Source: Defluviitalea saccharophila (lineage in GTDB: Bacteria > Bacillota > Clostridia > Lachnospirales > Defluviitaleaceae). Taken from it: a stretch of 24,000 nt of DNA. A program made the position numbers and the translations under genes. The DNA is taken from contig NZ_CP121687.1 of NCBI RefSeq assembly GCF_038396635.1, positions 2,384,592 through 2,408,591 on the forward strand, in the 5' to 3' direction. This document shows, piece by piece, positions 1 through 8,636 of the stretch. The stretch's first letter is position 1. Each line of letters opens with the position of its first letter. Under the pieces are notes generated by a model. It had not been told where the DNA came from. It saw nothing but the letters and a program-made list of their open reading frames with translations, and made no database searches.

Positions 1-2514
1 CAGACGCAGACTAAAACCGAGGCACAACCTCAAAAACCAATCCCGCCCGTTGCGACACCAAAAAGAAAAAGTGCCGCAGCACCGAAAAGAAACGGCGGGC
101 GTAATGCGCTGTGTATTATATTGTCCGTCTTGCTCGTCATACAGACCACTGTGGTGGCGCTCTACGGCTGGCCGGGGTTTATGGTGGGCGGCGGCAAAGA
201 CGCAGTTGTTGAGACCGAAAAGGCGATTGTCTCCACGGATAACGCATCGATCACACTGTCCGGTGTGAGGATTGATATCGATACCTTAAACCTCATTGAC
301 GGTGAAAAGGAACTGACCGTCAGCCGCAAAAAACAATCGGTTGACGAAGCCTCCGGACTTACGTCGGTGGAATATGACATTACTCTGGGAGAAATGCATC
401 ATCTTTACGCACCGCTTACGGTCACCGTTCCATACAACAATAAAACTGCCGACGACGGTGAGGTTGTATTAGAGCATTACAATAGCGATTATGGGATGTG
501 GATACCTCAGAGTACCGTCAACAATGGCGACGGCACGGTCACCGCAAGTCTGACATCCCTTTCGCCAGTGAAGCTCGTATATCTCGGCAAAGATTATCCT
601 ACCGGCGTTTTTTACATCTCTGAAAAGGATTCAAACTATGCAAAGATGATGGTTAGCCATAGATACTGGAATATTATTAAGAATAAACCGCGAGATGACG
701 CTAAAGCAATTGTAAAAGACTTCTTAGAAAATGGAAATACAAAAAATTCCATGCCGTGGGCAGAAAATCTGTTATCGCCTGATGGAATTGATTTGACAAA
801 CAACATATCCGGTATATTCGATGAACTTTTCAACTCAGTAAGTTCGTTAACAGAACTGACGTCTATGCAGATGAGATTCACTACCGAAAAAGTGGCAAAA
901 GGCATCTCTGTTGTTGGTCTTGGGGTAGCATTAACCCAGCTTGGATTGGATCTTTATAATTCAAAAGGAAATGACAGTACTGCGGCAGCAAATCTGTACA
1001 AGAATATCTTTTCGAGCAGTGGCTCATTATTTACCTACATGACCGGGTACGGCTCCCTGCCGTTTTCTGTAGCCTTTTTAGGCGTAGCTGTAGTAAGCTT
1101 CGGATTGGACTATGGTGTCCAAACGGCAGAGGAGTACAAGGAGAAAGTCAACAAAAACATATTTGACCAGTATTTCAAGGATTATGCGAAATTTGACGAA
1201 AAGCACTGGTACAAACTTTTTGTTGATGCATACTGGGATGAATGGCAGAATGGAACGGCATCGGTAGAAGGGATTGAAGCGGCATATAAAACGGTGCTGG
1301 ATGCGATCGAAGGATACTCCGAAGAATTTTGGAAAGACGTATTCAGGGAAGGCAGCGACGCGCTGACCTTTGCTGTAGCCGAAGCCGGTAAAACAAACTA
1401 TTATACACCGACGGAAGACCAGAAGGCGATGTATGTCGAGGAATTTAAAAGGTATATGAATATACGTTTTAAGGAAAAAGTTATACCGTGGATAGAACGA
1501 TTTCTGTTAGAACAGCAGCAGGATGCGCTTTACGCTTCGCTGTATAAGCTCTGTGAACCGTTCAACGAATACTACAGAGTTCAAGTTCAGGAGATTGCAC
1601 CCATAGATTCAGGTGACACTTGCAAATATCAGGAACACACGATACGGTTCGGTAACGAAAGTGGATTCACCCTTATTGATATACCCGACACATGGACGCT
1701 TAATGCGCCACAGGACGATGACCAATGGGCTGTCACAAGTGAATTCACATGTCTTTCATACCTTTTGGCTGGAGCACCGGACAGAATCATGTTGTTTCCT
1801 AAAGACAGCGACGAAACAGACCCAAAAGATGCTGTTTTGACCCAAAAATTTGACTGGTATACGGGCGACGACATATTTGAGGATGACCCGGCGCTGACGC
1901 AGGAATTTAATGCAACGGAAAAGGTCACGGTGATTTCACTAGGACAGATGAGGAAGGACTTTGAATACTATTTGGTTGAAAGATATGACTTAGACCCTCG
2001 TCGCCTCTACTATGACGGCTACGGATATGAAATTATGGCCGTCAAGCGTGATATGCAGTCTAATCGACTTACGGAACATTTGATTAGGGGGATAGATGCG
2101 GAAGTAGAGCAGGATAGCTATCGAGAATACAGTTATGATTCTTCCACTGGATTGCTTACAATGAGTGATGGCCTCGAATATTCGGAACTCAAGCCTAACT
2201 CAGATTGGACGAATATAAGCGGACACCGCTCTTCTCCTGAGTTTCTTCCGGGCAAATGGGGGATGGAGGAAGAGAAAACAGGGAAAATGCTGTATAAATA
2301 TATAAGATACCTTGCAGTAAACCAGCTCTCTCCCGGCAAATGGCAGGTGGATGAGACTGGAGAAACCATTGAATATGTACTTAATTCCTTTGATGCCAGC
2401 GACCAACAATCAAAACGTCTGGAATCTCCTTCGGGACGGAGCTTTCTCGAAGAGGCGCGTTCCTTTGCCACAGAAATGGGCATAGAGATGTATGACGGCC
2501 AAGGATATGATTGA
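1..2514 (+). CDS. Large membrane-anchored protein of unknown function, 5'-truncated by the window edge (837 codons visible)
   Basis: Frame 1 has no stop from nt 1 to the tracker's TTG at 121 (QTQTKTEAQPQKPIPPVATPKRKSAAAPKRNGGRN...), so the real start lies upstream of the window. A basic stretch is followed by a TM helix (ALCIILSVLLVIQTTVVALYGW) and then ~790 aa of mostly hydrophilic sequence. Stop TGA at 2512-2514. I recognise no family. Confidence 0.75.
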   Translation, partial: QTQTKTEAQPQKPIPPVATPKRKSAAAPKRNGGRNALCIILSVLLVIQTTVVALYGWPGFMVGGGKDAVVETEKAIVSTDNASITLSGVRIDIDTLNLIDGEKELTVSRKKQSVDEASGLTSVEYDITLGEMHHLYAPLTVTVPYNNKTADDGEVVLEHYNSDYGMWIPQSTVNNGDGTVTASLTSLSPVKLVYLGKDYPTGVFYISEKDSNYAKMMVSHRYWNIIKNKPRDDAKAIVKDFLENGNTKNSMPWAENLLSPDGIDLTNNISGIFDELFNSVSSLTELTSMQMRFTTEKVAKGISVVGLGVALTQLGLDLYNSKGNDSTAAANLYKNIFSSSGSLFTYMTGYGSLPFSVAFLGVAVVSFGLDYGVQTAEEYKEKVNKNIFDQYFKDYAKFDEKHWYKLFVDAYWDEWQNGTASVEGIEAAYKTVLDAIEGYSEEFWKDVFREGSDALTFAVAEAGKTNYYTPTEDQKAMYVEEFKRYMNIRFKEKVIPWIERFLLEQQQDALYASLYKLCEPFNEYYRVQVQEIAPIDSGDTCKYQEHTIRFGNESGFTLIDIPDTWTLNAPQDDDQWAVTSEFTCLSYLLAGAPDRIMLFPKDSDETDPKDAVLTQKFDWYTGDDIFEDDPALTQEFNATEKVTVISLGQMRKDFEYYLVERYDLDPRRLYYDGYGYEIMAVKRDMQSNRLTEHLIRGIDAEVEQDSYREYSYDSSTGLLTMSDGLEYSELKPNSDWTNISGHRSSPEFLPGKWGMEEEKTGKMLYKYIRYLAVNQLSPGKWQVDETGETIEYVLNSFDASDQQSKRLESPSGRSFLEEARSFATEMGIEMYDGQGYD

Positions 2515-2657
2515 TAACGGGGTATCGAGATGACGGGAAAACAAGACTTGATACGGATAAAGGGCGTGTTTGTGCGGAACAGAATATACGGCGCACTCAA
2601 GTATTTCGGTTTTTATCTGGCAGTATATCGTATCCCATTGCCCGAAAGGAAAATTGT

Positions 2658-3041
2658 ATGAACAGTAAACCTAAGCTTGTGCTTATTAAAATTTCATCCA
2701 TATTGATGCTGCTGGTCGCCATGCCCATGTTCCTGTGGTGCTTGCAGCTTATAGACAACGCGGCACTGGACTACACCTACGCCGGAGCGGGTTGCTTCGC
2801 GGCCGGAATTGCGTACGTATTTTCTATGATAACGGCCATCACTGGGCTTGCCTTTGCGGGGAGGCTCCACCGACATTGCTGGTGTCGGATGCTTGGCTAT
2901 ATCCAACTGGCGGCGGTGGTGCTGCTGATCGTTCCGCTTCACTCATATACCGCACTCACATTACCGCCGCTTTTCCTGCTTACCGTTCTGTATCTGTTTG
3001 GCGTGGGCTGGCGCGAAAAGCTAGATTGCGAACAACAATGA
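2658..3041 (+). CDS. Small polytopic membrane protein (127 aa, ~4 TM), unknown function
   Basis: ATG at 2658 is preceded by AAAGGA (2645-2650). The N-terminus MNSKPKLVLIKISSILMLLVAMPMF is followed by further hydrophobic segments. The tracker's ORF starts at an overlapping TTG (2511), which would add 49 hydrophilic residues. That alternative start cannot be excluded. Confidence 0.55.
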   Translation: MNSKPKLVLIKISSILMLLVAMPMFLWCLQLIDNAALDYTYAGAGCFAAGIAYVFSMITAITGLAFAGRLHRHCWCRMLGYIQLAAVVLLIVPLHSYTALTLPPLFLLTVLYLFGVGWREKLDCEQQ

Positions 3042-3054
3042 AAGGAGCACCGAG

Positions 3055-4383
3055 ATGGCAAAGAAGAAAGCAAACAAAAACATCCCTATTCCCATCCTCA
3101 TCCTTATCTGCGCCGTGTTGCTGCATGCCATATATACCAGCGTCAGCACCCTTGCGCTGGCGATATGGGGCGACAGCGTAATGGGTACGGTGGACAGCTA
3201 TGACAGCCGGCTGGACAACACAAAAGCGGAGCCAAATCGCTCCCGAACCGTTTCCAAGGGATATTGGTTTATAGCAAATGGCAAGGAATACCGGGGCTAT
3301 GTGATATATAGCAGCGACGAGGCTTGGCCAAGCTTGGATGAAGGTGAAACGCGCTCCGAGCGCATCCGCTACCTTAGCTTTTTACCTTATGTGAATAAGC
3401 CCGCCATGCTGTGCGAATTTAGCGAGATGGGCGAAGGGGCAATTATTTACCACATTCTCGCCCCTATCGGTTCTCTGCTTTTGCTGCTGCTTGTCATACG
3501 CACAGCCAGACGAGGGAAAAAGAAGAAACCAGCGGCGAGGAAACCCGCCGCGCCTCAAATATTCGAAGTAAGGAGTGATACGGATATGTTTTGTCCCAAC
3601 TGCGGAAACAAGCTGCCGGAGGGCGCGGCTTTCTGTTCGGGCTGCGGCGCAAAAACACAGGCCAGCGCCCCCGACGTGTGTACGGCCTGCGGCATGGCGC
3701 TGCCGGAGGGAGCCGAATTTTGCATCGGCTGCGGAGCGGCGGTGAACCCGGTAACGCCGCAGCCGATGGAGCCGAGCCAAGCGACAGCTCCTATGCCCTC
3801 ACAGGGGGGCGCGGGGCTGGTCGGCTTTTCCGATAGATGTAATTCACCCGAGATACTGGCCGCCGCGCAGAAGAATAAGAAATCCTCCATCGGTTGTATG
3901 TGGATATTGGTTTTCGTGCCGCTCATCGGCTTTCCCATCGCTGGTCTGCTGATGGACGATTTCCCCTTTGGAGAATCCCTTGTCATCGGCGTGGGCATTG
4001 CTCTTGTCATGCTGGTCATTAACCTTCTGGCGCTGCGAAGAACCAAACAGCCCATGTGGGAGGGAGTAGTCGTCAACAAGTACAGCAAGGAGAAAAGCGA
4101 GCATAGGGGCGGCGAGGACGATAATTACAGAACCTATACGGAATATACTACGATCATCAACACTGACGCGGGAAAGAAAAAGACCATCGTGGAAAAGGAC
4201 AGCGGGCGGCATATGTACGACTATCTCTCCGTTGGCAACAGGGTGCGGTTTCATCCCAAATTCGGTACATACGAGAAGTACGACAAATCTAAAGACCGTA
4301 TCATTTACTGCAATGTCTGCTCCATGATGAACCCCATACAAAATGACCGCTGCAAGCGGTGCAATAATTTATTATTCAAATAA
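3055..4383 (+). CDS. Multi-TM protein with three zinc-ribbon motifs and two DUF3592-like modules, unknown function
   Basis: ATG at 3055 follows AAAGGAG. Domain order:
- TM helix
- beta-rich segment (GTVDSYDS...GKEYRGYVIYSS...)
- TM helix
- K/R-rich linker
- CPNCGNKLPEGAAFCSGCG and CTACGMALPEGAEFCIGCG (zinc_ribbon_2-type CxxC...CxxC)
- two TM helices
- WEGVVVNKYS... domain
- C-terminal CNVCSMMNPIQNDRCKRC. Confidence 0.8.
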   Translation: MAKKKANKNIPIPILILICAVLLHAIYTSVSTLALAIWGDSVMGTVDSYDSRLDNTKAEPNRSRTVSKGYWFIANGKEYRGYVIYSSDEAWPSLDEGETRSERIRYLSFLPYVNKPAMLCEFSEMGEGAIIYHILAPIGSLLLLLLVIRTARRGKKKKPAARKPAAPQIFEVRSDTDMFCPNCGNKLPEGAAFCSGCGAKTQASAPDVCTACGMALPEGAEFCIGCGAAVNPVTPQPMEPSQATAPMPSQGGAGLVGFSDRCNSPEILAAAQKNKKSSIGCMWILVFVPLIGFPIAGLLMDDFPFGESLVIGVGIALVMLVINLLALRRTKQPMWEGVVVNKYSKEKSEHRGGEDDNYRTYTEYTTIINTDAGKKKTIVEKDSGRHMYDYLSVGNRVRFHPKFGTYEKYDKSKDRIIYCNVCSMMNPIQNDRCKRCNNLLFK

Positions 4384-4397
4384 GGAGGCTTTTCATA

Positions 4398-4757
4398 ATG
4401 GATAAATTTAATACTTTGCTGGAGGCGGCACAGCTTGCAGCCACACGTTGCGGAAGCTGGAGCTTTGCCACTTCCGATGATAGATATGATGTAAAAGGTT
4501 TACTGGTGCTTGCCGAGACAAGCGACAGTGAAACCCCCATCGATGAGGACAGCTTTTATGTGGTATCGCGCGCCGGAGCCATCGGCTTATGCGAGGACGG
4601 AGAGGACATCGACTGGCTGTTTCTGACAGGCTCCAGTGAAGATGAGGATTTACCCGCCACCTATCAGGTCGACCCGCAAATAAATTTCTGCCCGAAATGC
4701 GGCTCCGGTGTTGTTTCCGGCGCTCGCTTTTGCGGAAAGTGCGGCAATAGACTCTGA
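4398..4757 (+). CDS. Small acidic protein with a C-terminal zinc ribbon (119 aa)
   Basis: ATG at 4398 follows AAGGAGG. The C-terminus is FCPKCGSGVVSGARFCGKCGNRL (CxxC-x10-CxxC). The N-terminal ~95 aa are acidic and contain no TM segment. Confidence 0.8.
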   Translation: MDKFNTLLEAAQLAATRCGSWSFATSDDRYDVKGLLVLAETSDSETPIDEDSFYVVSRAGAIGLCEDGEDIDWLFLTGSSEDEDLPATYQVDPQINFCPKCGSGVVSGARFCGKCGNRL

Positions 4758-4805
4758 TACATCTTTGAATAAAACAGAAGAATTCTAAAATGTGGCATAA
4801 TAGTT

Positions 4806-4850
4806 AAGACGAACAGGCAGTTTTACCTGCTGTCTGTTCGTCTTTTATAT
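4806..4850 (+). terminator. Rho-independent terminator closing the GC-rich gene block
   Basis: aagacgaacag-gcag / ctgc-(tgt)-ctgttcgtctt forms an imperfect ~15-bp stem (4806-4844) with loop ttttac, followed by tttatat. Confidence 0.7.
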
Positions 4851-4930
4851 CATTTGTTCCGTATTCAGTTTACCCTGACCCTCGGTTCACAGGTTGTCTT
4901 TATGACTACTTGTATTTTGGGAGGCTGTTT

Positions 4931-5021
4931 TTTTATTGCATAGGAAATTCCTTCAGATTTCCTATGCAATAAAAAGCCCTCCCGGCAAAATGCACACTGG
5001 CCCGTATTGTATTTTGTCGGC
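4931..5021. repeat. Structured intergenic repeat, copy A
   Basis: ~90 nt aligning to 11201-11291 with a handful of substitutions and one 1-nt indel. It contains a perfect 16-bp hairpin: ttattgcataggaaat (4933-4948), loop tccttcag, atttcctatgcaataa (4957-4972). A second possible stem is ccggcaaaatgca / tgtattttgtcgg (4982-4994 / 5007-5019), which pairs fully only as + strand RNA (two G-U pairs). Confidence 0.8.
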
Positions 5022-5065
5022 AAAAAAATTTTTATAAATTTACTTGATTTTGAAAAGAATATTCA

Positions 5066-5094
5066 TTGAAAACTTTTCTTTTTAAAAGTATAAT
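5066..5094 (+). promoter_or_regulatory. Sigma-A type promoter of nagA-nagB
   Basis: -35 TTGAAA (5066-5071), 17-nt spacer, -10 TATAAT (5089-5094). It lies 44 nt upstream of the nagA ATG. Confidence 0.6.
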
Positions 5095-5110
5095 ACTGGT
5101 ATAGAACACT
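5095..5110 (+). promoter_or_regulatory. NagR/DasR-type (GntR/HutC family) operator, dre-like
   Basis: ACTGGTATAGAACACT matches the dre consensus ACTGGTCTAGACCACT (as I recall it) at 14 of 16 positions. It lies immediately downstream of the -10 box of an amino-sugar catabolic operon. Confidence 0.5.
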
Positions 5111-5137
5111 ATACAAATTAACGAAGGGAGAGATAGG

Positions 5138-6280
5138 ATGAAGTGTTTGTATAATGGAAAGCTAATTTTAAAAGACCAGGTCATTACGGGAAAAGCGATT
5201 ATCTTCGATGAGCGAATTTATGATATTGTTGATGAAAATGAATTGAGTACGATTAAAAATCTGGAAAAGATCGATGCAAAGGGTAATTATATCTCACCGG
5301 GATTTATTGATATACACATTCATGGATTTGATGGATATGATACAATGGACGGCACTGAAGAAGCTCTTAAGTCAATCAGTAAAGGCATTACAAGAAACGG
5401 AGTAACCTCATTTTTACCCACGACTATGACAATGTCCAAGGAAAGAATCCTGAATGCCCTGGAAGCTGTACGCCAATTCAAAGGAAAGGAAACAGAAGGA
5501 GCAGAAATTTTAGGGGTTCATATGGAGGGGCCGTTTATTAATGTGAAATTTAAAGGTGCCCAGGACCCACAGTATATCATCCCTTCGGATTTTGAAATGG
5601 TTAAAGCATATAAAGATATCATCTCATTAATTACTATAGCACCGGAGACAGAAGGGGCATTGGAATTTATTAAAAAGGTTAAAAGAGAGACCAATATCGT
5701 TCTTTCTATGGGACATACAGCTGCTACTTATGAAGAAGCCAGAGAAGGTATTATTTGCGGTATTAGCCATGTTACCCATTTATTTAATGCTATGACAGGG
5801 CTTCATCACCGTAATCCGGGAGTGGTAGGAGCTGCTTTAACCCATGATGTTACCTGTGAGGTAATCGCAGATACGATTCATATCCATTCTGGACTATTCT
5901 CAATGCTTCTTAAGACAAAAGGTATAGACAAAATCGTTCTGGTTACCGATTGTATGTCTGCCGGAGGAAAAGAAGAGGGAGAGTATGAATTAGGGGGACA
6001 AAAAGTAATTGTTAAAGATAAACAAGCCAGACTTGAAGATAATACCCTTGCCGGAAGTGTGCTTAATTTAAAAGATGCAGTATATAATGTTAATGAGCAT
6101 ACTGATTTTACCATTCCTCAGTTAATTTCTCTTGTTACCGCAACTCCTGCAAAAATCCTGGGGGTTAACCAGCGAAAGGGAACTCTTGAAGTAGGAAAAG
6201 ATGCAGATATAACGGTATTTGATAACAAAATGAATATTTCTTTAACTATTGGAAGGGGGAAAATTTTGTATGAAATTTAA
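5138..6280 (+). CDS. nagA: N-acetylglucosamine-6-phosphate deacetylase
   Basis: 380 aa. Amidohydrolase metal-binding motif FIDIHIHG, then GHT and THLFNAM, typical of NagA. RBS AAGGGAGAG. Confidence 0.9.
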   Translation: MKCLYNGKLILKDQVITGKAIIFDERIYDIVDENELSTIKNLEKIDAKGNYISPGFIDIHIHGFDGYDTMDGTEEALKSISKGITRNGVTSFLPTTMTMSKERILNALEAVRQFKGKETEGAEILGVHMEGPFINVKFKGAQDPQYIIPSDFEMVKAYKDIISLITIAPETEGALEFIKKVKRETNIVLSMGHTAATYEEAREGIICGISHVTHLFNAMTGLHHRNPGVVGAALTHDVTCEVIADTIHIHSGLFSMLLKTKGIDKIVLVTDCMSAGGKEEGEYELGGQKVIVKDKQARLEDNTLAGSVLNLKDAVYNVNEHTDFTIPQLISLVTATPAKILGVNQRKGTLEVGKDADITVFDNKMNISLTIGRGKILYEI

Positions 6281-7031
6281 TTTAGGAAATCTAAGAATTT
6301 ATATTGAATCTAATTATGAAGAAATGAGTAAAAAAGCAGCTTACATTTTATCAAGCCAAATTCGCCTTTATCCTCAAAGTGTAATAGGTCTTGCTACCGG
6401 AGGAACCCCTGTCGGTATGTACAAAGAACTGGTGCGTATGCATAAAGAAGAGGACTTAGATTTTTCTGAACTCACTACCTTTAATTTAGATGAATATTAT
6501 CCTATTTCAAAGGATAATCCTCAAAGCTACTATTATTATATGATGGATAATTTATTCAGTCATGTGAATATTGATATAAACCGAGTGCATATACCAAATG
6601 GAATGGCAGAAGATGTTAAGGAAGAATGCAAGAACTATGAAAAGATGATAAGAAATGCCGGAGGCGTTTCTCTTCAGATCTTAGGCATCGGTCCTAATGG
6701 GCATATCGGATTTAATGAACCTGATACCAAATTAGAACCCTACACCCATTTGGTTGAATTGGATGAAAAGACGATTGAAGCCAATTCAAGATATTTTAAT
6801 TCAATGGAAGAAGTTCCAAAGCAAGCACTCAGTATGGGCGTTAAAACCATTATGAGTGCAAAGAAGCTTGTCCTTTTGGCAAGCGGAAAAAATAAAGCTG
6901 AAGTTATTAAGGAAGCTATTATGGGAGGCATTACACCGGAGATTCCTGCATCCTTTTTACAGCTTCATCCGGATGTAACTTTTATATTGGATGCAGAAGC
7001 TGCTTCACAACTTCTGCCATTGCTAAAATAG
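6270..7031 (+). CDS. nagB: Glucosamine-6-phosphate deaminase
   Basis: GLATGGTP, NLDEY and LGIGPNGHIGFNEP motifs, with close overall resemblance to Bacillus NagB. ATG at 6270 follows GGAAGGGGGA and overlaps the nagA stop by 11 nt. The tracker's 6249 start is a TTG extension. Confidence 0.9.
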   Translation: MKFNLGNLRIYIESNYEEMSKKAAYILSSQIRLYPQSVIGLATGGTPVGMYKELVRMHKEEDLDFSELTTFNLDEYYPISKDNPQSYYYYMMDNLFSHVNIDINRVHIPNGMAEDVKEECKNYEKMIRNAGGVSLQILGIGPNGHIGFNEPDTKLEPYTHLVELDEKTIEANSRYFNSMEEVPKQALSMGVKTIMSAKKLVLLASGKNKAEVIKEAIMGGITPEIPASFLQLHPDVTFILDAEAASQLLPLLK

Positions 7032-7053
7032 GAACGGGAAACCGTTCCTTTTT
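7030..7053. terminator. Bidirectional terminator between convergent nagB and corA
   Basis: aggaacgg-gaaa-ccgttcct (8-bp stem, GAAA loop), followed by tttt on the + strand and preceded by aaaata. Confidence 0.6.
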
Positions 7054-7999
7054 ACAGCCATTTTTTTCTTTTAAAAATAATATAGAGGATAATTATAAGC
7101 AGAAACATAATTCCGAGACTCAGTGGATAACCATATTTCCAGCTCAGTTCCGGCATATATTCAAAATTCATTCCATAGATTCCTGTAATCAGTGTAAGGG
7201 GAGCAAAGAAAAGGGCAAGTATCGTCAATCGAGTCACAATGGCATTGGTTTGTGCAGTAAGAACGGATTCGTATAAATATAATAACTGATCCCCCATTTC
7301 TTTTAGACTGGATAAATAATCATAGAGTTTATTCATTCTGATATCGATATTTTTGAAATACCGAACATGGTTCGGTTTTATAAAGCCATTTTCATTGACG
7401 AGAAATTGATCTCCGATATACAAAAGAGGGCGAAGATATTTTTTTAATTGATTGATTTGCATTCTAATAGTGTTTATTTCTATGAATTGCTTTTTCTCTA
7501 CATTCGTGATGATATCCAATTCCAGCCGCTGAAGTTTATCCTCTAGATGTTCTAATGACGAAAAGAAATGACTAAGAATTCGATCAAATATCCAAAAATA
7601 GATTCTGTTGAGTTCGTTCGCAGGATTCTCCATCATATTAATTTTTTGAGTAATATATTTTTCTATTTCATCGATGATAGTGCTTTTTGGTTCCCCTACC
7701 AGAATAATATAGTTAGAACCGATATATAAATTGATTTCTTCAAAAAAAGTTTTATTATCCAAGAAATAAAAGTAGTTTAGACTGATAAAATCATAGTTTT
7801 CATAGCTGTCGAAACGAATATTTTCATCAAAGGTTAAACATTCTTCAATGGTACTGGAATCAAAATGAAATATGGGCTGCAGGAGTTTGATTTCCTTTGT
7901 TAAACATAAAATAAAATAGCTATTGTCTTCACTGTACCAGGAAAGATTATCCGAAATATCTTTAAGAATCTTATTTTGAGTAAGATGATAAATGTTCAT
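7052..7999 (-). CDS. corA: CorA-family magnesium/cobalt transporter
   Basis: C-terminal two TM helices carry the signature YGMNF motif (GIYGMNFEYMPEL). ATG at 7999 follows GAAGGAAAG. The tracker's 8032 start is a TTG without a good RBS. Confidence 0.85.
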   Translation of the reverse strand: MNIYHLTQNKILKDISDNLSWYSEDNSYFILCLTKEIKLLQPIFHFDSSTIEECLTFDENIRFDSYENYDFISLNYFYFLDNKTFFEEINLYIGSNYIILVGEPKSTIIDEIEKYITQKINMMENPANELNRIYFWIFDRILSHFFSSLEHLEDKLQRLELDIITNVEKKQFIEINTIRMQINQLKKYLRPLLYIGDQFLVNENGFIKPNHVRYFKNIDIRMNKLYDYLSSLKEMGDQLLYLYESVLTAQTNAIVTRLTILALFFAPLTLITGIYGMNFEYMPELSWKYGYPLSLGIMFLLIIILYIIFKRKKWL

Positions 8000-8117
8000 T
8001 GCTTTCCTTCTTTCAAAGGGATTCTTCTTCAACCTGTCTAACAGGAAAGTTTATAATAATTTTCCCCTTTGAAAAGAAAATTATTAATGTTGAAAGCTGG
8101 ATTTTTAAAAGACGGCA

Positions 8118-8636
8118 TTAGTTTATAGATAAAATGTGGTGAAAAATCGTTTCTTTAAAATTCTTTCTCCAGGGAATATTCACCGCTTCAAAGGTATGTT
8201 GAGAAACAAGAGGCTCTTTGATTCCACCTTGGTAGGTAAAACCTGTAATGATTGCCGAATGCTGAATTCTGTTTTGATTATTTCTGTATTGAATAATATC
8301 TCCTATTTCCAATAAATCTGCTATAGAAGCATTATAGGAATCGTCTCCTTTTATGGAGACGGTTTTTGCTTTTATACCAAAGCCCTTTTCCTGTGTTACG
8401 GTGCGAATATACCAATATAAAGAAGCAGCTACTGCCCAACAAATCGATGCTTTGCCATTTTGATACCACCAGGGATGGGTAGGGTGATAATGATTTTTAG
8501 CACCTCCTGCCCTTAGGCATTGAGAAATAAAATTAGTACAGTCGTTGCCTTGGAAATAAACATAGTCAGGATTCGGTCGCTTTCCGTATTTTATGGCATA
8601 TTCTACGGCATTTTTTCGATTATACTTCTCACTCAT
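8118..8636 (-). CDS. Putative amidase-domain protein (Amidase_6-like)
   Basis: The N-terminus YAIKYGKRPNPDYVYF...NDCTNFISQCLRAGG resembles the 'putative amidase domain' family, with a Cys in the CTNF context. ATG at 8636 has GGAGG 9 nt upstream. The tracker's 8654 start is a GTG inside that RBS. Confidence 0.65.
   Translation of the reverse strand: MSEKYNRKNAVEYAIKYGKRPNPDYVYFQGNDCTNFISQCLRAGGAKNHYHPTHPWWYQNGKASICWAVAASLYWYIRTVTQEKGFGIKAKTVSIKGDDSYNASIADLLEIGDIIQYRNNQNRIQHSAIITGFTYQGGIKEPLVSQHTFEAVNIPWRKNFKETIFHHILSIN

Noticed and set aside
162-4341. Numerous 60-180 aa ORFs on the opposite strand or in other frames inside the GC-rich genes. Examples: 162-380(-), 636-905(-), 1629-1928(-), 2133-2600(-), 2735-3181(+), 3382-3780(-), 3555-4088(-), 3591-3836(+), 3844-4341(-).
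   Set aside because: They are fully nested in much longer ORFs that have good RBSs and coherent domain structure. GC-rich DNA generates long stop-free shadow frames. Their translations are low-complexity (R/A/G/P-rich) and have no RBS.
1-4850. Calling the GC-rich block a mobile element, prophage or ICE.
   Set aside because: No integrase, transposase, att repeat, conjugation or phage gene is visible in the window. Only the compositional contrast is observed, so it is reported as a finding rather than annotated as a mobile_element.
8000-8117. Possible M-box (Mg2+) riboswitch upstream of corA.
   Set aside because: Only ~118 nt are available between corA and the upstream gene's stop, with only a weak 5-bp hairpin. 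M-box elements are considerably longer and highly structured.
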